Part shown: positions 56,607 to 64,000 of the stretch, piece by piece | Layout of the letters: every line of letters begins with the position of its first letter | Numbering within the stretch: the first letter of the stretch is position 1 | Source of the DNA: a virus | Taxonomy: Duplodnaviria; Caudoviricetes | Virus record (IMG/VR): IMGVR_UViG_3300024259_001623 | Reading direction: 5' to 3' (one strand) | Length of the DNA stretch: 64,000 bases | Translations under genes and position numbers: made by a program | The notes under the pieces: generated by a model | Seen by the model: only the letters and a program-made list of their open reading frames with translations | Database searches by the model: none | What the model was told of the DNA's origin: nothing

Positions 56607-56615
56607 ATTATAACA
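56607..56615 (-). promoter_or_regulatory. Extended -10 element (TGT-TATAAT) before the second vWA gene
   Basis: Lies in the kinase-vWA intergenic gap, upstream of SD AAGGAG. Confidence 0.5.
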
Positions 56616-56628
56616 TAAAAATTTCCAC

Positions 56629-58302
56629 TTATTTTTTCAACTTCAATCTATAAACTATATTATTTTCTAAAATCAACGCAGAACTACCATCTCTATACAA
56701 AACAGAATTATGCAATGTCCCAGACTTAATAACCTTTTTGTCATCATATCCTATTCGATTACAGAAAAGTTCTAGATCGCCTTCGCTGTCTATCCTTACG
56801 CAAACTCCAGTATCCAAAGAAACAAAATTGATACTCGATAGCATAACATCTTCTCTCACAGATATATCATATTCTCCGTGATTATTTATTTTGATAATAA
56901 ACTCATAATATTTGGACTGCTTCTCTGCGAATATAATTGCAACTCCATTATCATATTTAGCATCAATAACTCTATAAGATGACAACTCAGGTATCTTCAA
57001 CTGCGTATGAACTTCATTTTCAAATACTGATATATAATGAGAACCTAACAGATTCTGTGTTACTATACCATCAAAAATCTTAGTAGCATTATCTAAAACA
57101 TTACATACAAGCTTCATAGACGCACAGATATTTTTACCAACTTCTAAAAACTCTATTCTATAAAGTCCATCTTTATTCTTAGAATACAAAAATCCATTAT
57201 ACGACATAATAGATTCTGAACTGAGATTACAGACAATATCTTTAGAGTCTGTGATATTATAAGCCTTTATAATATCTTTTTCTACTCTAGCCGCAATAAT
57301 TTTATTCTTCTTTTTGCTCAAGCATACGTTTGTTCCCTTAAATTCATGATTCTTATTATTGACGAAGATTCCATCATCTGATGTAGAAACCAAATCTCCA
57401 GATAGAAAATCGATTGAGTATATTTTTGAATTATACTCTTGAATTTTCTCAGTCAAAATATTGACTGCATGATTGTCAACAATTATAATATCAGGAGTGC
57501 AAATCTTAACAGCAACTCCATCAGGAGGAGGCAATCTTTTTCCAAGTTCAAAAACACTATTATACCAGTCGTAGTATTGAGATGGAATCTTATCTAATGG
57601 CAAACAGATTTTAGGAATTGATACATCTCCATTTAAAACAGAGACATTCTTCATCATCCTTTCATCTAAATGTTTATTGCCTTTATACGCAGGGTGCCTT
57701 CCCTTATACGGATGAATACCTACCATCATCTCAAAACTAACTATGGCAAAAGAAAACCAATCTGTCTCTTCACTGAAACCACTTGAATGCCTATCTCTTA
57801 TGCTCTCCATAATAGCAGTAGCAGAAAAGCTTTTTGTCTTATAGCTGTCTACGTCTATAAAAAGAATCTTTTTGAAATTCTTGTCGATCAAAAAATTCAT
57901 TTCATTTAAATCAACTATAAGGATATCATTATCATGTATATGATATATTTTTGCCTTCATATCTTCTATCAGGTCAATAACATTATTAACCAAGATATTA
58001 TTTTTATCTTTGAAAGATTTGGTAAAAATTTTGCATAGAGGAAAAGCATTATCTATATGCCTCATACTATATCCAATAGGAATATTTTTAGAATCTAATA
58101 CTACACTCTTGGGACGTATGATATCTTCATTTTTTATGACGGATAGTTCTTTTATCTTTATAGGATCTATAACATTCTTTTTAGAATTATATATTTTATA
58201 AGCCAAGCCATCCTTAGCGTACACTTGGCCCTCTCCACCCGCATCGATAAAGTCTTTTTTGCTTAAAGATATCTTTTTGCCATTATCAACAAAAATATTC
58301 AT
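56629..58302 (-). CDS. Ser/Thr protein kinase, YegI/TerY-P type
   Basis: AGGEGQVY, AYKIY, IVDLNEMNFLI, FIDVDSY, ETDWFSFAI...GIHPYKG, plus a C-terminal beta-rich region. Confidence 0.85.
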   Translation of the reverse strand: MNIFVDNGKKISLSKKDFIDAGGEGQVYAKDGLAYKIYNSKKNVIDPIKIKELSVIKNEDIIRPKSVVLDSKNIPIGYSMRHIDNAFPLCKIFTKSFKDKNNILVNNVIDLIEDMKAKIYHIHDNDILIVDLNEMNFLIDKNFKKILFIDVDSYKTKSFSATAIMESIRDRHSSGFSEETDWFSFAIVSFEMMVGIHPYKGRHPAYKGNKHLDERMMKNVSVLNGDVSIPKICLPLDKIPSQYYDWYNSVFELGKRLPPPDGVAVKICTPDIIIVDNHAVNILTEKIQEYNSKIYSIDFLSGDLVSTSDDGIFVNNKNHEFKGTNVCLSKKKNKIIAARVEKDIIKAYNITDSKDIVCNLSSESIMSYNGFLYSKNKDGLYRIEFLEVGKNICASMKLVCNVLDNATKIFDGIVTQNLLGSHYISVFENEVHTQLKIPELSSYRVIDAKYDNGVAIIFAEKQSKYYEFIIKINNHGEYDISVREDVMLSSINFVSLDTGVCVRIDSEGDLELFCNRIGYDDKKVIKSGTLHNSVLYRDGSSALILENNIVYRLKLKK

Positions 58303-58313
58303 TTTATCATCCT

Positions 58314-59111
58314 TTACAGCGTCATCGCCGCAACAGATATATCATCATAGTGTTTTGTGTTTCCATCTTCTTTCAATGTCTTTTCAAATCTCTTTAGCCT
58401 TCTCTTTACGAATTCTCCTTTCAAATTCTTAAAAGGCAGAAAACTTTTGTAAATGTTAATAGTATCCAAAAATGTATTCTTAGAAGTATAAAAAGAACCC
58501 ATTCCGTCAGAAGCCATACCGGCGACTTTTAATTCTGACTTGTCTATAAAAAATGTTTTTACATCTTTATAAGAACCAGGAGCTTCAAAGTCTGAAGATA
58601 ACAATTCAACACCATCTCCTTTTATGATCCATTTATCTATTTTTCTACCTTTATCTATTTCATTGAATCTTTCTCTATTTCCGCTACTAAGTCGATAAGA
58701 TAAATATTTTGGAGCATTGCTCGGAAAAGATATATCATAAACTATAATGTCTTTGTTTTTCTTAACCAGGAATATAGACCCATCTCCTATAATATGAAAA
58801 GATATACTACTAGGATACTCAATTGCCATAAGCAACGTGCATAGAGCAGCATCTTCACTAAGCCCTACCATCTTCAAAGCTTTAATGGATTCATACAACA
58901 CTAAATTCAGACGATCATCCAAAGAGAAATTCATATTTCTAAATATATTTATATTATTATGAACAGCATGGCATAACATACGACTTCCTATATCTGTATT
59001 TACAGAAGAAGAACATCCATCAGACAATACCAGACAATTACCATTAGCTAATGCATAATCTTCACAAACTTGATGATCGTCACCGATCATAAAAATTGAA
59101 TCGAATCCCAT
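58314..59111 (-). CDS. PP2C-like phosphatase (PphC/YegK type)
   Basis: HQVCEDYA, LSDGCSS, CTLL, ASDG, HYDDISVA. Confidence 0.85.
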   Translation of the reverse strand: MGFDSIFMIGDDHQVCEDYALANGNCLVLSDGCSSSVNTDIGSRMLCHAVHNNINIFRNMNFSLDDRLNLVLYESIKALKMVGLSEDAALCTLLMAIEYPSSISFHIIGDGSIFLVKKNKDIIVYDISFPSNAPKYLSYRLSSGNRERFNEIDKGRKIDKWIIKGDGVELLSSDFEAPGSYKDVKTFFIDKSELKVAGMASDGMGSFYTSKNTFLDTINIYKSFLPFKNLKGEFVKRRLKRFEKTLKEDGNTKHYDDISVAAMTL

Positions 59112-59135
59112 CTTAAAACTCCCTTATTTCTTCTT

Positions 59136-59924
59136 TTATATATCCAAAAATATATATTCTTTGCAGTATTGTGTTTTCTCTTTAGCCCGTTTCAGTTTTT
59201 CAGCTTGTTTTAGTTTTTCAGCCTGTTTTAGTTTTTCAGCCTGTTTTAGTTTTTCAGCCTGTTTTAGTTTTTCAGCCTGTTTTTCAAACTGTTTAATCTT
59301 CTCTAAAACATCTTGTTTGGCCTGATCTAAAAGGTAACTTTCTGCTTTTGTAGCTTTTTTCTTAGACTTCTTTATTTTCTTTTCAAGTTCCTCTTTCATC
59401 AACTCCGCTTTAGCTTTCTCAAATTTGATATTCTTCTCTTCTTCAGTCGCATCAGGATTATACGATTTGACTTTCTTTTGATATTTATTGATATAATAAT
59501 GATCAAGCTTATTATGATATTTTTTAATAAATTCTGGACTCAGCGACTGATATTTAGAAATATATTGCCAACTGATTCTATGACCATATTGTTCTATAAA
59601 ATCTTCACTCAGTGACTGATGTTTAGAAATCAATTCCCAATGTAATTCGTATTGGTACTTCTCAATAAATTCTTCACTTAATACTTGATACTGAGAAACA
59701 ATATCCCAGCTAATATCGTCTTTATGTTTCTCAATAAACTCTTCGCTCAACACTTGATACTGAGAAATATTAAACCAGCTAACTCTATCAGAATATCTTT
59801 CTATAAATTCTTCGCTTAATTTTTTACTTTTGGAAACATATACCCAATTAGTTGAACTCCAGACCTTTACTTGATCATATTTCACAGTATTATATATCCA
59901 AGTAGAACGGCTTCGACGGGCCAC
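59136..59924 (-). CDS. Tryptophan-repeat protein with a coiled-coil tail
   Basis: About five 23-aa LSE(E/D)FIE..Y...(V/I)SW..IS.YQ repeats. Ends YIFLDI. The true start may be GTG near 59885. Confidence 0.75.
   Translation of the reverse strand: MARRSRSTWIYNTVKYDQVKVWSSTNWVYVSKSKKLSEEFIERYSDRVSWFNISQYQVLSEEFIEKHKDDISWDIVSQYQVLSEEFIEKYQYELHWELISKHQSLSEDFIEQYGHRISWQYISKYQSLSPEFIKKYHNKLDHYYINKYQKKVKSYNPDATEEEKNIKFEKAKAELMKEELEKKIKKSKKKATKAESYLLDQAKQDVLEKIKQFEKQAEKLKQAEKLKQAEKLKQAEKLKQAEKLKRAKEKTQYCKEYIFLDI
59193..59282 (-). repeat. 18-bp tandem repeat x5 encoding KQAEKL
   Basis: tagtttttcagcctgttt units on the plus strand. Confidence 0.95.
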
Positions 59925-60642
59925 CAGTGCCTAAAGACTTAGACTGCATACTGATACTCTTAGATACAAACTCTGCCAACTTAGCCAAAGTTTTTTCATT
60001 GGCATTTTTAATTTCTTGATACTGGGTGAATCCGCTATTGTCTTGAAAATCTTTCAAATATTTACCAATAGTTCCATATCCGCCAACTCCGACTCCAATC
60101 AAAATAGTAACCAACGACTCTAATTTCTCTTCCATGTTAGTCTGTTGAATAACACCAGATACATTATCCAAAGAACGCAAAGAGCCTGTATCGCCACCAT
60201 CAGTCAACACAAAAACGATTCCATTGACACAAAAATCATTATCGTATAATTGCTTTGCGTAATCGTTAGTTGCCAAAATAGAATCATAAGCTGCATCGAA
60301 TAGATTAGTAGCTCCATGAATCACTAAGGAATCTTTATAATCTATAGGATCACAATTTTCCAAAAGTTTGAAGCCATGCTCTTCTTGTATATCGCTAGAA
60401 AAAGATACAAATCTAATCAAAAGATTATCCGATCTTGGACTGGACTTACAAGCAGAAACGATTTGAGACATACAAGACTCCATTTCAGTCTTGTATGGTC
60501 TTACACTTCCGCTAACATCAACGACTATAGTTACTAAAGTATACTCTGTAGCTCCCAAATTGTCTATCTTTGTAGCAGAGTATCCGTAATTATAACCTTT
60601 AACTGCGTTATTACCCATACTAGGATCATTTAATTTTGGCAT
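59890..60642 (-). CDS. vWA domain protein (TerY/YegL-like)
   Basis: VVDVSGSV, GATNLFDA, VLTDGGD. Ends FYLDI. Confidence 0.88.
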   Translation of the reverse strand: MPKLNDPSMGNNAVKGYNYGYSATKIDNLGATEYTLVTIVVDVSGSVRPYKTEMESCMSQIVSACKSSPRSDNLLIRFVSFSSDIQEEHGFKLLENCDPIDYKDSLVIHGATNLFDAAYDSILATNDYAKQLYDNDFCVNGIVFVLTDGGDTGSLRSLDNVSGVIQQTNMEEKLESLVTILIGVGVGGYGTIGKYLKDFQDNSGFTQYQEIKNANEKTLAKLAEFVSKSISMQSKSLGTGGPSKPFYLDI

Positions 60643-60643
60643 A

Positions 60644-61453
60644 TTATATTCCTTTCTTCATAAGGTCTACAGTGCTAGAAATAATCATTCCTCTTGCAGA
60701 CATTTCTTTAATAAAATCATCTTGATTCGACTCAAATCCCGTAACAGGGCTAGTTGCATCTTCAAGCAATACCAGCTTAGAGATATAAGAATCATCTCCG
60801 AAAGCATTGGCGATATCTCTAACAGTGTTTGCCAAACAGTGAGAACCAGCTTCGCCAGCAATTAAAACGACATCGGCTTCCATCAGCGTTTCTACCAATC
60901 TAGTATTAATTTGAGTTGATGGGTCTTCTGGGTCTGGGACTTCAGCTTGAACAGCAGAGTAATGCTCTGTATAGATATTGCTACCTTTTGTAACATAATC
61001 TACCAATGCGAAACCTTTTTCCCATTCACTCAAAGCTTCAAACAACGAAGGATATACAGTATGTCCTACGCTACCTATCAAACAGTGAGGAGGCCAAATA
61101 CATAGAGGATACTTACCGTCTGCTTCTAGCTTCTCCACATACTCCACCATTCTGCCTTTCCAACTGATATTTGTTGGATTCCATTTTCCATTTTTGATAT
61201 CATCAGAAGATATAATAGTAAATGGATCTGGATTCTTGCCTGTGCTGTCTCTCCAAAAGATAGGGTGAGCTACATCCACGGCGTGATGAGAATCTAGAGT
61301 AACGTGAATGTCATATAGAATATCTGATTGGTCCTTAATACAATTAGCCAACCTATCCATATCATCATTAGCTCCACTCACATACAAAGCTCCTGACGGA
61401 TCACAAAAATCTACTTGCGGGTCAATAATCAACAACTCAACTCTTTTGCTCAT
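60644..61453 (-). CDS. pncA: Nicotinamidase/isochorismatase-family cysteine hydrolase
   Basis: IIDPQVDF, TLDSH, WPPHC, KGSN, AGEAGSHCL. The D-K-C triad and metal ligands are present. Confidence 0.85.
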   Translation of the reverse strand: MSKRVELLIIDPQVDFCDPSGALYVSGANDDMDRLANCIKDQSDILYDIHVTLDSHHAVDVAHPIFWRDSTGKNPDPFTIISSDDIKNGKWNPTNISWKGRMVEYVEKLEADGKYPLCIWPPHCLIGSVGHTVYPSLFEALSEWEKGFALVDYVTKGSNIYTEHYSAVQAEVPDPEDPSTQINTRLVETLMEADVVLIAGEAGSHCLANTVRDIANAFGDDSYISKLVLLEDATSPVTGFESNQDDFIKEMSARGMIISSTVDLMKKGI

Positions 61454-61482
61454 TTTTTTCTCCTTCGTTTAGCCTACATACA

Positions 61483-61511
61483 ATTATAATGGTCACATCA
61501 GAAATATGCAA
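61483..61511 (-). promoter_or_regulatory. sigma70-type promoter TTGCAT-N17-TATAAT driving the pncA-vWA module
   Basis: Exact 17-nt spacer, then SD AAGGAG. Confidence 0.8.
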
Positions 61512-61537
61512 TATGAATATTTTTAAAAGAAATGAAA

Positions 61538-61553
61538 TACCCGAGGAGGGATT
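61538..61553 (-). pseudogene. Possible 3' remnant of a tRNA (half T-arm + acceptor strand)
   Basis: AATCCCTCCTCGGGTA 5 nt after the HNH stop, similar to the ...AATCTCTCTCCCCGTA end of the nearby tRNA-Leu. Confidence 0.4.
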
Positions 61554-61558
61554 AAGAC

Positions 61559-62263
61559 CTATTGTATCCACTTCCTAATAGTATTATCACTAACGTTATA
61601 TTTTTTGCCGACTTTACAATAATTACTTTCTTTAATTTCTTTTAGCAATTTATTTTTAGAAGGTCTATTTTGAATTTTCTTATGTAAATCTTTATCTAAA
61701 AAACATTTTCTACATAATCCTGTTTTTGTTTTACAGCCAATTTCTTTTTTACAATTTTTACAATATATTTTCGTTTCTTTTTTTACTTTATTCTTTTTTA
61801 ATTTTCTTCCCCTAAAATTAGGAGTTTGACTATGGCAATGACCACATAATATTCTTATATTAGATAATTCATTATTTGTTTTATCACCATCAATATGATC
61901 TAGCTCAAGAACTAATGGTTTTCCATTCCACATTGGTAATTGTCCACATATAAAACATTTATCTTCAAATATCCCTTTTTTAACAAGTCTTTTCTTTAAA
62001 ACCCATGACTTATAATAAGTACCCTTTTTAAGAATATCTTTTAATGGAATAATATTTATTGGTTCATTACCTAGATTCCATCCTCGACCCTTAAAATGAG
62101 AATAATCAAAATTATTTTCTTTGGCAATACGTTTTAATGTTTGATAATTTGAACCAGCATCTCCATTCAGCCCAACTTTAAAAGCAGTTTCTCTCCAAGA
62201 AAAACTATTTTTTATTGCTTCTTTAACTTGTTCATCTGAATATCTTCTATAATGTCTTGCCAT
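61559..62263 (-). CDS. Free-standing HNH homing endonuclease with HTH domains
   Basis: CFICG...LELDHIDGDKTNNELSNIRILCGHCHSQT, with N- and C-terminal HTH-like segments. Confidence 0.9.
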   Translation of the reverse strand: MARHYRRYSDEQVKEAIKNSFSWRETAFKVGLNGDAGSNYQTLKRIAKENNFDYSHFKGRGWNLGNEPINIIPLKDILKKGTYYKSWVLKKRLVKKGIFEDKCFICGQLPMWNGKPLVLELDHIDGDKTNNELSNIRILCGHCHSQTPNFRGRKLKKNKVKKETKIYCKNCKKEIGCKTKTGLCRKCFLDKDLHKKIQNRPSKNKLLKEIKESNYCKVGKKYNVSDNTIRKWIQ

Positions 62264-62345
62264 CGAAATCTCCTATATAAATATAATATATATTCGATAC
62301 GATTGGCAGACTTCCTTCTTTTTATTTTATGTCAGTCAAAAATAA

Positions 62346-62428
62346 TACGGGGAGAGAGATTCGAACTCTCACGTCCTTACGAACATTAGGTTCTAAACCT
62401 AACGCGGCTGCCATTACGCCATCCCCGC
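62346..62428 (-). tRNA. tRNA-Leu(UAG)
   Basis: Stem TTAGG/CCTAA, loop TT-TAG-AA, long variable arm, no CCA. Confidence 0.92.
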
Positions 62429-62530
62429 TAAATTAAAAATAAGTAAAACATCTTCCTGTTTCGCTATGATAGTATTTTTTTACAAATCCTGATTGGCTGA
62501 TAATTACGGGTAGCAAAAAAAGAGCTACTT

Positions 62531-62692
62531 CTATCTTTGTTTTTTCTTGTCCTTACATTGCGGACCTTTGGTTTGCCGTACACCATTAAGCACCCATGTG
62601 CCGCACCGATATTGGATGCTCGTGAATTTCTTTGTAGTATGCAGCCAAAGGAATTTGGCTCTACAGTACGGACAATCATATGTTGGCAACAT
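62531..62692 (-). CDS. 53-aa Cys-containing ORF (possible Zn finger)
   Basis: SD AGGGAG. MLPTYDCPYCRAKFLWLHTTKKFTSIQYRCGTWVLNGVRQTKGPQCKDKKKQR. Confidence 0.65.
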   Translation of the reverse strand: MLPTYDCPYCRAKFLWLHTTKKFTSIQYRCGTWVLNGVRQTKGPQCKDKKKQR

Positions 62693-62719
62693 TGTTACTC
62701 CCTATTAAGAATTAAGCAT

Positions 62720-62805
62720 TAAGGCCCCAGTTTCAACAGCTAATAAGGTGGACGTACTGGACCATTAGTATTTCACTGATAGCCCACTCGGGGGCCACCC
62801 GGGCT
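62720..62805 (-). ncRNA. GC-rich structured 5' leader of unknown class
   Basis: GGTGG/CCACC helix enclosing an 11-bp GAAAT-loop hairpin, plus a CCCC/GGGG pseudoknot option. Confidence 0.5.
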
Positions 62806-62813
62806 TGTGATAT

Positions 62814-62842
62814 ATTATACACAATATATTTATTAAACGCAA
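62814..62842 (-). promoter_or_regulatory. sigma70-type promoter TTGCGT-N17-TATAAT
   Basis: Same -35 and -10 hexamers as the promoter of the tRNA operon. Confidence 0.8.
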
Positions 62843-63522
62843 TATCTTTTTAAATATTTATTGTAAATATCTTCTGGCGTTCTGTTCTTGATATACATAT
62901 CTATTTCTTCTATAGATTTATTATCTAACGTTTTAGAATGAAAAGAAAAGTCCAACACATTATTTTTTGTCATAGCTCCATTTGTTCTATCATACATTCC
63001 TATAGACTTTTTTCTGTGGAATTCCATATCATATTCATCTAAATCATAATCTACTTTGACAAAATTAAGTATTCTTTCCATCTCAGAAAAATCTTTGATA
63101 AGGTCTTCGTATCTAACTAATATCTTATCTCCTGCAAAATTATGATAAGTTTTAAGGTTATACAGATAAATCTTCATCATCTGCTTATCCAATCTTGCAG
63201 CACGAACATAGGACTCTCTATAATTTCTTAATAAAAAAACCATCTTAGAGAATATTTGACGCCCCTTTTCATCATAAAAATTGCATCCCTCGTAATATAG
63301 TTTTCTTTTATATTTTAAATGTTCTTTATACAAACCTTTATCAAAAAGATCAACATTATGAGTTCTCTGTATAATAGGTTCTCCGTATTTTACCAAACGA
63401 GGTTTGCCTGGAGTTCTCTGACCAGAAAATAGCTCTATACAATATCTAGCCCAATTAAGACCGGAATTTTGAAAAGACACAAAAACCACTCTGTCATCAT
63501 ACATGTCGCTCAAATTATTCAT
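62833..63522 (-). CDS. Sulfotransferase-like protein
   Basis: VSFQNSGLNW (5'-PSB-like), RTH, LLRNYRES (3'-PB-like), VRYEDL. Confidence 0.65.
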   Translation of the reverse strand: MNNLSDMYDDRVVFVSFQNSGLNWARYCIELFSGQRTPGKPRLVKYGEPIIQRTHNVDLFDKGLYKEHLKYKRKLYYEGCNFYDEKGRQIFSKMVFLLRNYRESYVRAARLDKQMMKIYLYNLKTYHNFAGDKILVRYEDLIKDFSEMERILNFVKVDYDLDEYDMEFHRKKSIGMYDRTNGAMTKNNVLDFSFHSKTLDNKSIEEIDMYIKNRTPEDIYNKYLKRYCV

Positions 63523-64000
63523 ATTTTCTTAAATTGTTGCTCCAACAGCAAATCTACAAAATCTTTAATAGTTTTATATGCCTTACCTTGAGGAGACATG
63601 TCATACTTAGGAACCGCTTTATCTTTAATCCAAGCTCTCAAATCAGTTCCAAACTCTGTCGATCTCGCAAACCAATCACAAACCATTTCGGCTATATATA
63701 TCTTTGGCATATTATTGATACCGCCCCAGCATTCAGGATGATGTTCATTAGTATCAACATGTTGATGCAGAGACTCTTTAAGTTTTTCATTGTCGTCATC
63801 AGGGATAAGGCTTTTCCACTCAACTCCGCTGAATTTGGAATGATCATGCAGATAGCTGTTCGCTATTAGCTTCCTGCCGTTAAATTCATCTCCATTCCCC
63901 CTTTCTATCAACCTCTTGCCTAAAATCTCACACGCGTCGATTACGAGCTTTTTGTGCCTTATTATAGCCTCTAACTGTTTGTACTTTTTAAGTTCTTCTG
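63519..64000 (-). CDS. DUF5662-like HD-type protein (5' end beyond the window)
   Basis: Frame is open to the window end (IIRHKKLV...). HDHSK, H...NEHHPE, AEMVCDWFARS. Confidence 0.65.
   Translation of the reverse strand, partial: EELKKYKQLEAIIRHKKLVIDACEILGKRLIERGNGDEFNGRKLIANSYLHDHSKFSGVEWKSLIPDDDNEKLKESLHQHVDTNEHHPECWGGINNMPKIYIAEMVCDWFARSTEFGTDLRAWIKDKAVPKYDMSPQGKAYKTIKDFVDLLLEQQFKKI

Noticed and set aside
61538-62346. Group I intron carrying the HNH inside a tRNA
   Set aside because: No adjacent 5' tRNA exon, no terminal G at the putative 3' splice site and no recognisable P7 core.
62720-62805. HDV-like/theta ribozyme or ZTP/SAM riboswitch identity for the structured leader
   Set aside because: P1/P2 order is partly similar, but the P1.1 GG and catalytic J4/2 C pattern and the riboswitch consensus nucleotides are missing.
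1-64000. Genome-wide amber (TAG) recoding suggested by the CUA tRNA-like element
   Set aside because: TerL, NrdJ, helicase, portal and others are uninterrupted in code 11, and TAG acts as a plausible terminal stop (for example 5657, 29372, 61559).
1-64000. CRISPR array or rRNA
   Set aside because: No repeat-spacer array or rRNA-like sequence seen. The tandem repeats found are all in-frame coding repeats.

Overview
AT-rich segment of a large tailed bacteriophage (jumbo-phage-like) genome, almost all on the minus strand. 1-37 kb is a head morphogenesis module: terminase large subunit, about 11 unknown head-type proteins, an intein-containing portal, a 1936-aa protease/scaffold, a decoration protein and an HK97-type major capsid protein. 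It also carries a solo TnpB, a Hef-like homing endonuclease and a sigma factor. 37-53 kb holds nucleotide, glycan and regulatory genes (heptose kinase-nucleotidyltransferase, MazG, dUTPase, NrdJ, intein-containing AAA ATPase, HNH, macrodomain, FliA-like sigma, SNF2 helicase). 53.7-54.8 kb is a self-contained tRNA operon. 55.8-61.5 kb is a nicotinamidase-vWA-repeat-PP2C-kinase-vWA (TerY-P-like) module, followed by HNH, tRNA-Leu and a structured leader. The top candidate for an undescribed system is the tRNA operon. It has its own sigma70 promoter and a 24-codon leader peptide whose last 12 codons use all and only the 8 codons read by the six downstream Ser/Leu/Cys tRNAs. The leader is followed by mutually exclusive hairpins and a tRNA-like element with a CUA loop complementary to the leader. 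This looks like a phage attenuator that senses tRNA depletion and switches on replacement tRNAs. All annotations come from motif recognition by eye; no database searches or folding programs were run.
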